From Candidatus Omnitrophota bacterium (GTDB taxonomy: Bacteria; Omnitrophota; Gorgyraeia; Zapsychrales; JANLHA01), in the NCBI GenBank assembly GCA_963662715.1, contig OY759724.1:990001-1022000 (forward strand): a stretch of DNA of 32,000 bases, in the 5' to 3' direction. The position numbers were made by a program, and so were the translations under genes. Below are positions 7,971 through 16,521 of the stretch, in pieces (position 1 is the first letter of the stretch; every line of letters begins with the position of its first letter). A model generated the notes under the pieces. It saw nothing but the letters and a program-made list of their open reading frames with translations, was not told the origin of the DNA and searched no databases.

Positions 7971-8879
7971 GGTCGTCCTGGCTGTTTCCATAATCCCTTT
8001 GGATTTCGTGCGGAGGTTGTCATATTCGTTGCTGAACACAATATATTGTTCTTCGAACTTTTTATTGCTGACGCTGTCTTTCTTTTTCGGTTCTTTGATC
8101 TCCCGCCATAATAACGAAAGCATGCGTTCAATTCTTTCTATCTGGTCAATACATCCTCTGTAATGCCTGAATGACTTATCGTCGGACAAACTTCCCAGAG
8201 CAGAGACGGATATATTGTATTTCCATTTTCCTTCATTAAAATCCCAGCATTTGACGAGAAAATTGAGTGTTTGTTCATAGGCAAAGTTGCGGTTTTTTAA
8301 TAAGAGCTCCCGAAGGACAGAGGCCTTGAAATTAAGAAATTCTGACCTCGGCCGATGCAGGGGCAACAGCTTTACGCTTTGTGAAATCTCAGGCAGCCAG
8401 TTGGCCAAAAGAGGATAGGTCCCGTACGTATCCACCAGACTTTTGGCGCTGAATTTGTCTCCCGTGCCAAAGTCCCCGATGGCAATATCAACACTGTTGG
8501 TCTCAATAAATTTTCCGAGATTGTCATAGAATTCGACATCCTCGTTAACATAATCAAGATCCCCGGGCAATTGAATAATGCGCTCGGTTTCCGGATAATG
8601 ATCCAGCACATACCCCCAGCCCGCAAGCCAGGTCTGGCAGGTGTCAACGGACCAGGTTTCAATCACCTCAAGGGTGTCGTAGCGCGCATCCTTCAAAAAG
8701 GAAGCCGCATCGCCCTTGAGGACGGTTGTCCTGGGCAGCATAACGATCGGCTTAGGATCAATCTGCTTGCACCTGTCCACCGTCCACCAAAAGTACCACT
8801 GGCACTGCTCGTTGTGCTCATACCCCAGGTAAGGAAATATAATAACTGGTTTGGAACGAATATATTTATCTTTGATCAT
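7947..8879 (-). CDS. Hypothetical protein, possibly a GT-A-fold glycosyltransferase
   Basis: 310 aa with no motif I can assign to a named family with confidence. It has a beta-strand-like VIIFPY at the N-terminus, a DxD-like IIQLPGDLDY, then IAIGDF, then YPLLANWLPEISQSVKLLPLHRPRSEFLNFKASVLRELL. From memory this resembles the PLL..PEL...QPL.GEYA..RELL segment of GT81/GT55-type glycosyl-3-phosphoglycerate synthases. Coding status is good; function is weak. Confidence 0.6.
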   Translation of the reverse strand: MIKDKYIRSKPVIIFPYLGYEHNEQCQWYFWWTVDRCKQIDPKPIVMLPRTTVLKGDAASFLKDARYDTLEVIETWSVDTCQTWLAGWGYVLDHYPETERIIQLPGDLDYVNEDVEFYDNLGKFIETNSVDIAIGDFGTGDKFSAKSLVDTYGTYPLLANWLPEISQSVKLLPLHRPRSEFLNFKASVLRELLLKNRNFAYEQTLNFLVKCWDFNEGKWKYNISVSALGSLSDDKSFRHYRGCIDQIERIERMLSLLWREIKEPKKKDSVSNKKFEEQYIVFSNEYDNLRTKSKGIMETARTTLRALLGV

Positions 8880-8918
8880 CTCTTTTTCTATGGCTCCTTA
8901 GCGTTATTTTGTGTTAAA

Positions 8919-8943
8919 GGGACACAATTATGCCTTGTGTCCC
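8919..8943 (-). promoter_or_regulatory. Perfect 9-bp stem-loop in the leader of the 310-aa gene
   Basis: gggacacaa-ttatgcc-ttgtgtccc (8919-8927 pairs with 8935-8943), 40 nt upstream of the ATG at 8879. Only a TTT tail follows on the minus strand, so it is not a classical terminator. Confidence 0.35.
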
Positions 8944-9048
8944 CTCATATTTAAGCACACGCAAAGATTAATTTCAATTTATTTAAAAATATTATAAGCT
9001 GTTTCTTTGACGGACTTATTGCTTTTTTGTGAATTATCTGTGAATTAT

Positions 9049-9086
9049 AAAAAACACCCGAGCATCTATCCACTCGGGTGTTTTTT
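9049..9086. terminator. Bidirectional intrinsic terminator (ends the GPH transporter transcript)
   Basis: aaaaaa-cacccgag-catctatcca-ctcgggtg-tttttt. The 8-bp GC-rich stem (9055-9062 / 9073-9080) is flanked by an A-run and a T-run. It lies 28 nt after the transporter stop at 9108. Confidence 0.75.
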
Positions 9087-9107
9087 ATAATGAGCGAACT
9101 TTTATTG

Positions 9108-10865
9108 TTATACTTTACCTCTTCGTGCTTCCAATTTAATGCGAACATCATGGGCATCCTGCTCGGTAAACTTAATAGAAGCAATAACCACGATGGCAAT
9201 GACAGAGGCTACAATTGGAATGGAAACATCAAATATTCTCATCCACAGTAACGTATCCAAGGATTGGCCGATGCCTTTTCCTTGATCAAACCCTGTCCAA
9301 GCGAGCATGGCCCCACCGAGAAGCCCTGCAAGGGCCAGCCCCATCTTGACCATCCACCAATAGACCGCGGTGAACATTCCTTCACGGCGTTCGCCGGTTT
9401 CAAGTTCATCAATGTCACAGATATCCGCGAGCATCGAAAGAAAGATGGTGAAAATTGATCCCAGTCCGAAGACAATGAACGGTGCGCATAGTAAAAGCAA
9501 ATAGTGGGATTTCGCCAGGAACCAGCAAACCTTTACAAAGCTAATAAAACCAACCCCGCTGAGCATCTGCCACAACTCACTGTCTGCCGGATGAACTTGC
9601 AGGTACGCGGGCCATTTCATAGCAAAACCGATGATAGAGAGAGGGATGGCAATAAAAAAGGCATTCCGTTTTCCCAGCTTTTTGCTGAGCCATACAATTC
9701 TTGGGATGATAATCGTTGTACAGATGGCGCTAAAGGTCCCATAGACACCCAGCAATTTCCCGCCCGCGGAATATGCCAGGCCCGTATCCGGAGCATTCTT
9801 GAAAACATGAAAGAAAATAACCCAAAGAATAAAAGTGGAACTGAGCATAAAACCGTTAAAAATCAAGAATGTGCCCGTACAAATTTTAACAAACAGCTTA
9901 ATCTTGAATGTAAGGGCGATGTTATCAAATAATTTTTTCAATACCGGGTGGGCATAAAGTAACATGTAAACACCTGCGAACACTCCCCCGCCTAAGAGAA
10001 TAGCTGCAATTCTTACAGGTAAGGTAAACCAAGGATATTTTTCCGGACTAACATAAAAGGAGAAGAAAAAGGCAAGGACACCACAAATACCATAGAGCTT
10101 CGAAAGGAACTTCGCGCTATTGTGAGATTTTAAATTTTTAACATAATCCCCGGTTATTTTTTGCGGTTTGGGGAGGTTGGCGAAATGTTCCTTATTAAAA
10201 ATAGCCGGAAGGATACCGCCGGCTATGATGATAAGCCCGATAATGATAGAAACGATTCGTGCTCCCAGAACGGGGTCGGCCTCTCCCGTTTCAGGATTTG
10301 GAAACCAATTTTTGTTATACAGTATCGCCCAGCACCAGGGAGAAATGAGCCAAGGGATTTGGGCCATAACCCTGCTCCACCCTTGCAAGGCTGTCCGTTC
10401 ATGATAATCCGGGGTCAATTCATAACCCAAGGCGAGCCAAGGGATGGAAAAGCAGGTAAACGCACCGAAAAAGACAACTTGTAAAATCAGAAAATACCAG
10501 CCATTGAATGTTTTGCTGTTTTCCGGGTAAAGCTGGAACATGAGGAAGTAGCAGATCCCTGCGCAGATGGCGCCCCAAAAGATAAAAGGTTTGCGGCGCC
10601 CGTATTTTGTGCGTGCATTATCCGAGCTAAAACCGATAATAGGATCTAAAATGCCGTCAAAAACACGGGGGACAAATCCGATTAAACCGACTATCGCGGG
10701 ATTTAAACCTAAGCCGAGAATTAAAATCGCGACCATTTGGCCGATCCATGCCGCCTGACTGTCATTGGCCATTGATCCCATGCTGTATGCAAATTTTTGC
10801 AATAAAGGAATACGATCTTCCTTTGCTGTTACATGGTGGGTTGTCTTGTTTGCTGCAGATGCCAT
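9108..10865 (-). CDS. GPH-family (MelB/glycoside-pentoside-hexuronide) sugar:cation symporter, unusually long
   Basis: 585 aa and highly hydrophobic. The N-terminal GPH signature is FVPRVFDGILDPIIGFSSDNARTKYGRRKPFIFWG (D..DP..G..SD...T..GRR.PF). RBS GGGAGG lies 7 nt upstream of the ATG. Confidence 0.85.
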   Translation of the reverse strand: MASAANKTTHHVTAKEDRIPLLQKFAYSMGSMANDSQAAWIGQMVAILILGLGLNPAIVGLIGFVPRVFDGILDPIIGFSSDNARTKYGRRKPFIFWGAICAGICYFLMFQLYPENSKTFNGWYFLILQVVFFGAFTCFSIPWLALGYELTPDYHERTALQGWSRVMAQIPWLISPWCWAILYNKNWFPNPETGEADPVLGARIVSIIIGLIIIAGGILPAIFNKEHFANLPKPQKITGDYVKNLKSHNSAKFLSKLYGICGVLAFFFSFYVSPEKYPWFTLPVRIAAILLGGGVFAGVYMLLYAHPVLKKLFDNIALTFKIKLFVKICTGTFLIFNGFMLSSTFILWVIFFHVFKNAPDTGLAYSAGGKLLGVYGTFSAICTTIIIPRIVWLSKKLGKRNAFFIAIPLSIIGFAMKWPAYLQVHPADSELWQMLSGVGFISFVKVCWFLAKSHYLLLLCAPFIVFGLGSIFTIFLSMLADICDIDELETGERREGMFTAVYWWMVKMGLALAGLLGGAMLAWTGFDQGKGIGQSLDTLLWMRIFDVSIPIVASVIAIVVIASIKFTEQDAHDVRIKLEARRGKV

Positions 10866-10966
10866 GAATGACCTCCCTGTGAATTTTAAGCTGCAAAGGG
10901 GTTAAATTTTTTATTGTAAATCTATAAATAATAGAATATTAAAGAGTAAATGACTGGAAAGTCTGT

Positions 10967-10995
10967 ATTATAACAAACGAAGTCAATGTGCACAA
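10967..10995 (-). promoter_or_regulatory. Extended -10 promoter for the GPH transporter (TTGTGC-17-TATAAT with TGT)
   Basis: The minus strand reads atTTGTGCacattgacttcgttTGTTATAATacag. The -10 is at 10972-10967 and the -35 at 10995-10990, giving a leader of ~95 nt. Confidence 0.45.
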
Positions 10996-11216
10996 TATTA
11001 TTTTTGGGATTTAAGTTAATCTGGAACAATAAGTTATATGCGATTCCCCGACAAGAAGCGATCTCACCCATAATTCACAATAATGACAGGGGAAGGGAAT
11101 GCCGGAGGGGCAGAATTTCAGCAGCCATAGGGCCGCGGATGGACGGGCAAAGCTGCGTTTCTCGGAGGCTGCCGCTTACTATAACGGTGTGCGGCAAGGA
11201 ATCTCGGATCTTCCGG

Positions 11217-11918
11217 TTAGTTATGAGGAGGCAGCCGGGATTTCCTGTAGAGATAGATCATAAAGAAAGCGCCGATCACATAAACCATGACAAAAGCAAA
11301 TATCGACGGGTTTTCCTGCAGGTATAAAGAAAGCTTGGCAGGATTGAGAATCGTATCCATGCCCAAGGCAATAAAGAATTGAATGACGAATATTCTTAAA
11401 GGCGATCCAATAGCCGCAATTGTTAAATATCTTCTTAATGAAATCCTGGTTAGTCCGAAGCCGAGATCCTGAAATCGAAAAGGGACAATCGGAAAAAAAC
11501 GCAAAAAGAATATGCTCCAGAAACTTCTCTCGGCGATCGCACGATCGATCTGTTGCATTTTATGCGGCAGCTTGGCCGCGATAAAATCCCGGCCGAAGTG
11601 ACGACTGAGAGAAAACATCACGCAGGCATTCCCCATCTCACCAAACCAAACAATAACGGTGCTGAGATACGGGCCGTAAAGAAACGCCGCGACAACCCGC
11701 AAGACGTCCTTCGGTCCGAACCAGACCAGAAAGGTCAATCCGACATACAATAGGACAAAAATAACGGCGGAAACAAGTAAGGGGAAACCCTTCAGATAGT
11801 TCAGAAAAGTCTCTTGTTCAAAGTGAAAGTAGCGGCTAAGAATGACGAAACAGAAAACAAGGACGAGATAGAGAATGAAGCGGAAGTCATGTTTCTTCCC
11901 AGACACGTGGTTATTCAT
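11217..11918 (-). CDS. TVP38/TMEM64 (DedA-superfamily) membrane protein
   Basis: 233 aa and polytopic. The segment VVAAFLYGPYLSTVIVWFGEMGNACVMFSLSRHFGRDFI, followed by FFLRFFPIVPF, is the typical TVP38/YdjX pattern. It starts 8 nt after the mnmG stop. Confidence 0.8.
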   Translation of the reverse strand: MNNHVSGKKHDFRFILYLVLVFCFVILSRYFHFEQETFLNYLKGFPLLVSAVIFVLLYVGLTFLVWFGPKDVLRVVAAFLYGPYLSTVIVWFGEMGNACVMFSLSRHFGRDFIAAKLPHKMQQIDRAIAERSFWSIFFLRFFPIVPFRFQDLGFGLTRISLRRYLTIAAIGSPLRIFVIQFFIALGMDTILNPAKLSLYLQENPSIFAFVMVYVIGAFFMIYLYRKSRLPPHN

Positions 11919-11926
11919 AAGGCCGT

Positions 11927-13813
11927 CTAGTCTCGGGTACGTTCCAGACTTGATTTTCTTAAATAGATCATCAGTATGGAAATTGCCGCAGGAGTAACAC
12001 CGGAAATACGATGGGCCTGGCCCAGCGTCAACGGCTGAAAGGCCTTAAGTTTCTGCTGTATCTCTATGGAAAGGCCCGGGATCCGGCTGTAATCGATATC
12101 CTCCGGGATTTTAATATTCTCAATATGGCGGAACTTTTCGACATCTTTTAACTGCCGTTTAATAAATCCTTCGTATTTTATCTCGTATTCAACCTGTTCA
12201 ATGATGGAAGCCGCGTGATTCTTTAAATTACCGTCAAACGGAGCAATCATCGGGTACGATATCTCCGGACGTTTCAACAACAGGCTTAAAGCCGTCGGCT
12301 GCCGCAAAGGGCTGCTGTTATGTCTTTTTAAAACCTCATCAATGTCCGTGCCCGGACTAACAACCGTTGCGTTCAAGTGGGATATTTCTTTTTCGATCAA
12401 TTCATATTTCCTGAGCATGGCCTGGTAAAGCTCCTCGGGAATAAGCCCAAGGTCAAAGCCGTATTTCATGAGACGCTTATCCGCATTATCCTCCCTGATA
12501 ATAAGGCGGTATTCCACCCGGGAGGTAAACATCCGATACGGCTCTTCCGTCCCTTTTGTCGTTAAATCATCAATCAGCACCCCGATATACGATTCATCCC
12601 GGCCAAGAATGAGCGGCTGTTTATCCTTGATGAAACAAGCCGCGTTGATGCCGGCAAGAATCCCTTGCGCGGCCGCTTCTTCATATCCGGTCGTACCGTT
12701 GATCTGACCGGTTAAATAAAGGCCCTGAATCTTTTTTGTTTCTAAACTGGGCTTCAATTCTGTCGGATGAATAACGCCGTGCTCAATAGAATAACCGTAA
12801 CGGTTAATCTTAACTTTCTCCAGACCCGGGATAGAATGAACAAAGGCCTCCTGCACCTCCGCCGGAAGCCCGGTAGAAATGCCGTTCGGATAGTATTCAT
12901 CCGTATCCAGGCCTTCCGGCTCTAGGAAGACATGATGAGAAGATTTGTCGCCGAATTTTTTCAGTTTGTCTTCAATGGAAGGGCAGTAACGGACTCCGGT
13001 TGAGTGGATTTGCCCGGAATACATGGGCGATAAATGCATATTTTTCCGGATAATATCATGGGTCTTCTCCAGCGTACGGGTGATATAGCACGGGAGCAGT
13101 TTCTGGCTGTCAGGGATGCACGCTGTACGGAAAGAAAACGGCAGGGGCGGATTGTCGGAATGCTGGATCTCCAGCCGGGAGAAATCAATGGTCTTGCCGT
13201 CTAATCTGGGCGGCGTTCCGGTCTTGAACGACAGGATCTCAAATCCCAATTCAGACAAGCTTGCGGCCAGCCGGATAGAAGCAGGCTCGTCAATGCGTCC
13301 TCCGGGAACGATCTCGGGCCCGATATGAATCCTGCCGTTCAAAAATGTGCCGCTGGCAATAATAAGCGTCCGGGTCCCGATCGTCAACCCTTTTTGTGTC
13401 CTGAGGCCGATAACCTTGTTTCCCTTAACCACGATCTCACAGGCCTCATCCTCCAGGACCGCGCATCTTTCCTGCGCCTGAACCACCCGCTGCATATATT
13501 CCCGATATCTCTTCCGGTCACTTTGGCAGCGGCTCGAACGCACCGCCTGGCCTTTGGAAGCATTCAACCGCCTGAACTGAATACCGGTGCTGTCCGCCGC
13601 TAACCCCATTTCTCCCCCAAGGCAATCGATTTCCTTGACAAGCTGGCCTTTCCCCACCCCGCCGATAGCCGGGTTACAGCTCATCTGGCCGACCGAAAAG
13701 AACGACATCGTCACCAAAAGCGTCTCGCACCCCATGCGGCTCGCGGCCAAGGCAGCCTCTACCCCGGCATGACCGCCGCCGATGACAATACATTGAAATT
13801 CCTGATCAAACAC
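11927..13813 (-). CDS. mnmG: tRNA uridine 5-carboxymethylaminomethyl modification enzyme MnmG (GidA)
   Basis: 628 aa. FAD fold CIVIGGGHAGVEAALAASRMG, then CNPAIGGVGKGQLVKEIDCLGG, GPRYCPSIEDK-like RYCPSIEDK, and TGQINGTTGYEEAAAQG. GTG start with AGAGG upstream. Confidence 0.95.
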   Translation of the reverse strand: MFDQEFQCIVIGGGHAGVEAALAASRMGCETLLVTMSFFSVGQMSCNPAIGGVGKGQLVKEIDCLGGEMGLAADSTGIQFRRLNASKGQAVRSSRCQSDRKRYREYMQRVVQAQERCAVLEDEACEIVVKGNKVIGLRTQKGLTIGTRTLIIASGTFLNGRIHIGPEIVPGGRIDEPASIRLAASLSELGFEILSFKTGTPPRLDGKTIDFSRLEIQHSDNPPLPFSFRTACIPDSQKLLPCYITRTLEKTHDIIRKNMHLSPMYSGQIHSTGVRYCPSIEDKLKKFGDKSSHHVFLEPEGLDTDEYYPNGISTGLPAEVQEAFVHSIPGLEKVKINRYGYSIEHGVIHPTELKPSLETKKIQGLYLTGQINGTTGYEEAAAQGILAGINAACFIKDKQPLILGRDESYIGVLIDDLTTKGTEEPYRMFTSRVEYRLIIREDNADKRLMKYGFDLGLIPEELYQAMLRKYELIEKEISHLNATVVSPGTDIDEVLKRHNSSPLRQPTALSLLLKRPEISYPMIAPFDGNLKNHAASIIEQVEYEIKYEGFIKRQLKDVEKFRHIENIKIPEDIDYSRIPGLSIEIQQKLKAFQPLTLGQAHRISGVTPAAISILMIYLRKSSLERTRD

Positions 13814-13833
13814 CCTTTACCTCTTTCGCCACA

Positions 13834-14007
13834 TTATGACTTTTTCATCGTCAACGCCAAAACAGAATTAATGACCGCAAAAACAAAAGAGACAATTGCG
13901 ATCATATTCAAATCTTCATATTGGAAATCCTTAACAGTCGTGGCAATAACAGCTAAAATCGTCACGGTCCACAAAAAGTACATAAATAACGTTATGACTC
14001 TTTGCAT
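13834..14007 (-). CDS. 57-aa two-helix membrane protein (hypothetical), first gene of the mnmG operon
   Basis: Below the ORF-track size cut-off. Hand translation gives MQRVITLFMYFLWTVTILAVIATTVKDFQYEDLNMIAIVSFVFAVINSVLALTMKKS*. RBS aAGAGGAaaaact precedes the ATG, and the ORF ends 20 nt before the mnmG start. Confidence 0.5.
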   Translation of the reverse strand: MQRVITLFMYFLWTVTILAVIATTVKDFQYEDLNMIAIVSFVFAVINSVLALTMKKS

Positions 14008-14139
14008 AGTTTTTCCTCTTTTTTCATTAAAGTATAGACTATTAAACTAACCCTAAATCATTGATTTGTCAATATTTTCATGTCCCGGACATTCCCCAGC
14101 GTTGCCAGAGGGCGGGCAATATTGTGATTTTAAGTGGTG

Positions 14140-15144
14140 TTATTTTAATACTTTGCAGGAATCGCGGACAACAAGCTGGGGCGTTAAGACCATTTGAACA
14201 GCGGATTTCTTTTTACCGGTCATAATATTATGTAAATATTTTACTGCATATTCGGCCATTTGAAATAAAGACTGCCGGATCGTTGTTAAGGCCACCGGAC
14301 CATAAAGACTGGACGGATTATCGTCAAACCCGATCACGGATATATCCTGGGGCACTTTCAGGCCCCGCTCTTGAATAACATTAATCGCCTCCAGGGCCAT
14401 ATCATCGCTGGCGGCAAAGATAGCGGTCGGGGGTTGCGGCAGGGACAGAAAGGTTTCCGTCGCATTCCGCGCACTTCGGCGGGAATAATCCCCTTCGATG
14501 ACATATTCTTCTTTCAAATCAACATTCTCTTTTTCCAGGCCCTGCTTAAAACCTTCAAATCGCTGGGCTCCGGCCTGGGTTTGAAGATTACCGGTCACTG
14601 TTGCAATGTGATGATGTCCAAGGCTGATTAAATAATCGGCTGCTATGCGTCCGCCGGCCACGTTATCGATGCCGATATAATTGACATCCAGGTCATCAAC
14701 AATATTGTTGATCACAAGACTTGGGATATTGGCCGCCAAAGCTTCTTCAATCTGCTTTCGGTTTTCAATAATATCAGCAAAAATAACACCGCCGACACTG
14801 TTGGTGTTGATAGGATTAAAACCATTGGTTATGTGGAAGACCAGGTCCAGACGCAATGTTTCACAGGCATGCCCCACCCCGCGAATGATCTCTATCGCGT
14901 AAAAAGAATAAAAAATGCCAGGGTATCCTGGCATAACTAATCCGATAGCATTGTTCGTCCCGCTGGCCAAACGCTGGGCGCTGACGTCCGGTTTGTATTT
15001 CAAAGCCGCAATCGCTTCTTCGACCTTCGCACGATTCTGAGGGCTTACAGTAGGGACATTATTAATAACACGCGAGACCGTTGTGATGGACACTCTGGCT
15101 CGTCGGGCTACATCATCTATACTAACTTTACGTTTCCGGCTCAC
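14140..15144 (-). CDS. LacI-family transcriptional regulator
   Basis: 334 aa. The N-terminal HTH VSIDDVARRARVSITTVSRVINNVPTVSPQNRAKVEEAIAALKYKPDVSAQRL is followed by a periplasmic-binding-protein-like sugar-sensor domain (IGFDD motif). GTG start 11 nt after the stop of the upstream coiled-coil gene. Confidence 0.9.
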   Translation of the reverse strand: MSRKRKVSIDDVARRARVSITTVSRVINNVPTVSPQNRAKVEEAIAALKYKPDVSAQRLASGTNNAIGLVMPGYPGIFYSFYAIEIIRGVGHACETLRLDLVFHITNGFNPINTNSVGGVIFADIIENRKQIEEALAANIPSLVINNIVDDLDVNYIGIDNVAGGRIAADYLISLGHHHIATVTGNLQTQAGAQRFEGFKQGLEKENVDLKEEYVIEGDYSRRSARNATETFLSLPQPPTAIFAASDDMALEAINVIQERGLKVPQDISVIGFDDNPSSLYGPVALTTIRQSLFQMAEYAVKYLHNIMTGKKKSAVQMVLTPQLVVRDSCKVLK

Positions 15145-15155
15145 GTTATCCTATT

Positions 15156-16481
15156 CTACCGCACCGTATCTCCGACTTGAATAGTCGTAACCTTGTTTTT
15201 TATATCCGCCGCGGCGATATCGCTTCTGACCTGAATAACCTCTAAGGCAGCCACATACTCAGCGCCTCTATAAACGCTCATGTTATCTCCGAGCTTCAGG
15301 CCGTCACTCTCCCCCAAATCGACAATAACAAAATTGTTTTCGTCATTCACAGAAACAACATTCCCGTCAAACCCGGGAGATACTGCGACAGCGACCTCAT
15401 CTTCCAGGACAGAATGATTAGAGGAGGACACAACGATGGGTGGCAGTTCCACTTCACCGGACGCCTGGCTGTCCGTCGATTTAAAATTCTTTTCCAGGCT
15501 GTCTTTAATGTCCCAGATTTCATCTATCCGGTTTTGAATAATGTTTTCTGTCTCAAGCAGTTTACGTTCGATGGTCTTTTTTTCGTCCTGCAGACGGACA
15601 ATGCTCTTTTCCAGAGCAATCTTCGTGGAAGTCAATCCCTTGATCTGATTCCTTAAATTCGTATTTTCGTCATTCATTTTGCCAAGCCTGCCGTTGAGGA
15701 ACTTCTTGTCATTTTCGGAACGGGCCAGCTCCAGGGAAAGATTGTCCGCCAGGTCATTCCCGTGCTTGATCTTCCGCTCGATAGACTCTTTTTCATTGTT
15801 CAATTCCGACAAGCCCAGCTCCAGGTCGGAATTCCTCTTCTTCATTTCTTCCAGCTCAAGCATGCTCTTTTCAAGCCTGCCCTGCAAATCTTCCGTTTCC
15901 AATTCAAGCGCGGTTTTTTCTTTAATGACCTGCGCCCAATAATTTTCATTATCAGATGATATTTCCAGAGACGGAGGACTCACCGGTTTTTCCTGCACGG
16001 CCTGTTTCTCCGGGACTTTTTTATCCGCCAAAGGTCTCTGCAACTGGTCTTGCGGAACAGGGGCTCCGGTATCCCGGTCGACATACTTGTAAACCACCTG
16101 CGGCTCCGCCTTTTCCTTAAGCTGAGCCAACAACTTTTCCCGCTCGCCCTCCAGTTTCTTAACCTTTTCCTGCAACCCCTCCCGCTCCTGCGACAACTCC
16201 TTCAGCTTCAAATCAAGATCTTCCATATTGCCGTCAAAAGAACTTAATTTCTCCTGCAATTCTGTCTTGATTTTCTCCGCCACCTTCAGCTTTTCCTGAA
16301 GGTCCTTGTTCTCCAGAATATATTTTTTCTCCCGGCCCTGGAATTCATCAATTTGCTTTTCCAAAGAAATCTTCGCCTTATCCACTTCCTGCTTCTGTAA
16401 AGCGACATAAGTTAACAATCCGACGGAGACAAAAAGCAATAAGAGCAAAAAAACTAATATGGACTTTGCAGCTCTCGACAT
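15156..16481 (-). CDS. Membrane-anchored long coiled-coil protein with a small C-terminal beta-rich domain (hypothetical)
   Basis: 441 aa. N-terminal TM ILVFLLLLLFVSVGLLTYVAL. About 300 aa of E/K/L-rich heptad-like sequence follow (LQEKLKVAEKIKTELQEKL..., LEGEREKLLAQLKEK...). The C-terminus is NVVSVNDENNFVIVDLGESDGLKLGDNMSVYRGAEYVAALEVIQVRSDIAAADI..IQVGDTV. Strong RBS AAGGAG lies 5 nt before the ATG. Confidence 0.75.
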   Translation of the reverse strand: MSRAAKSILVFLLLLLFVSVGLLTYVALQKQEVDKAKISLEKQIDEFQGREKKYILENKDLQEKLKVAEKIKTELQEKLSSFDGNMEDLDLKLKELSQEREGLQEKVKKLEGEREKLLAQLKEKAEPQVVYKYVDRDTGAPVPQDQLQRPLADKKVPEKQAVQEKPVSPPSLEISSDNENYWAQVIKEKTALELETEDLQGRLEKSMLELEEMKKRNSDLELGLSELNNEKESIERKIKHGNDLADNLSLELARSENDKKFLNGRLGKMNDENTNLRNQIKGLTSTKIALEKSIVRLQDEKKTIERKLLETENIIQNRIDEIWDIKDSLEKNFKSTDSQASGEVELPPIVVSSSNHSVLEDEVAVAVSPGFDGNVVSVNDENNFVIVDLGESDGLKLGDNMSVYRGAEYVAALEVIQVRSDIAAADIKNKVTTIQVGDTVR

Positions 16482-16521
16482 ATTATCTCCTTATGATAAT
16501 AGTATTTATAAGTATGTTATG

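Noticed and set aside
8372-9199. ORFs 8372..8662 (minus), 8571..8954 (plus) and 8951..9199 (minus)
   Set aside because: The first two overlap the 310-aa gene in other frames. The third runs straight through the bidirectional terminator at 9055-9080 and into the transporter 3-prime end.
9239-10758. Several 60-142-aa ORFs within or antisense to the GPH transporter gene
   Set aside because: They are shadows of a long hydrophobic frame with a clear family signature.
10986-11327. 113-aa plus-strand ORF spanning the intergenic region and the TVP38 3-prime end
   Set aside because: It has no RBS, gives an Arg-rich product and overlaps a supported gene. The region is treated as non-coding (see the GC-rich island finding).
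13769-14050. 93-aa plus-strand ORF upstream of mnmG
   Set aside because: It overlaps the mnmG start antisense and has no RBS. The minus-strand 57-aa ORF explains the region better.
13814-14139. Possible replication origin next to mnmG (gidA), as in some bacteria
   Set aside because: I found no cluster of TTATCCACA-like DnaA boxes. The only isolated 7/9 matches are elsewhere (e.g. 4474, 9067, 15147). The window has no dnaA or dnaN, and I saw no AT-rich unwinding repeats here.
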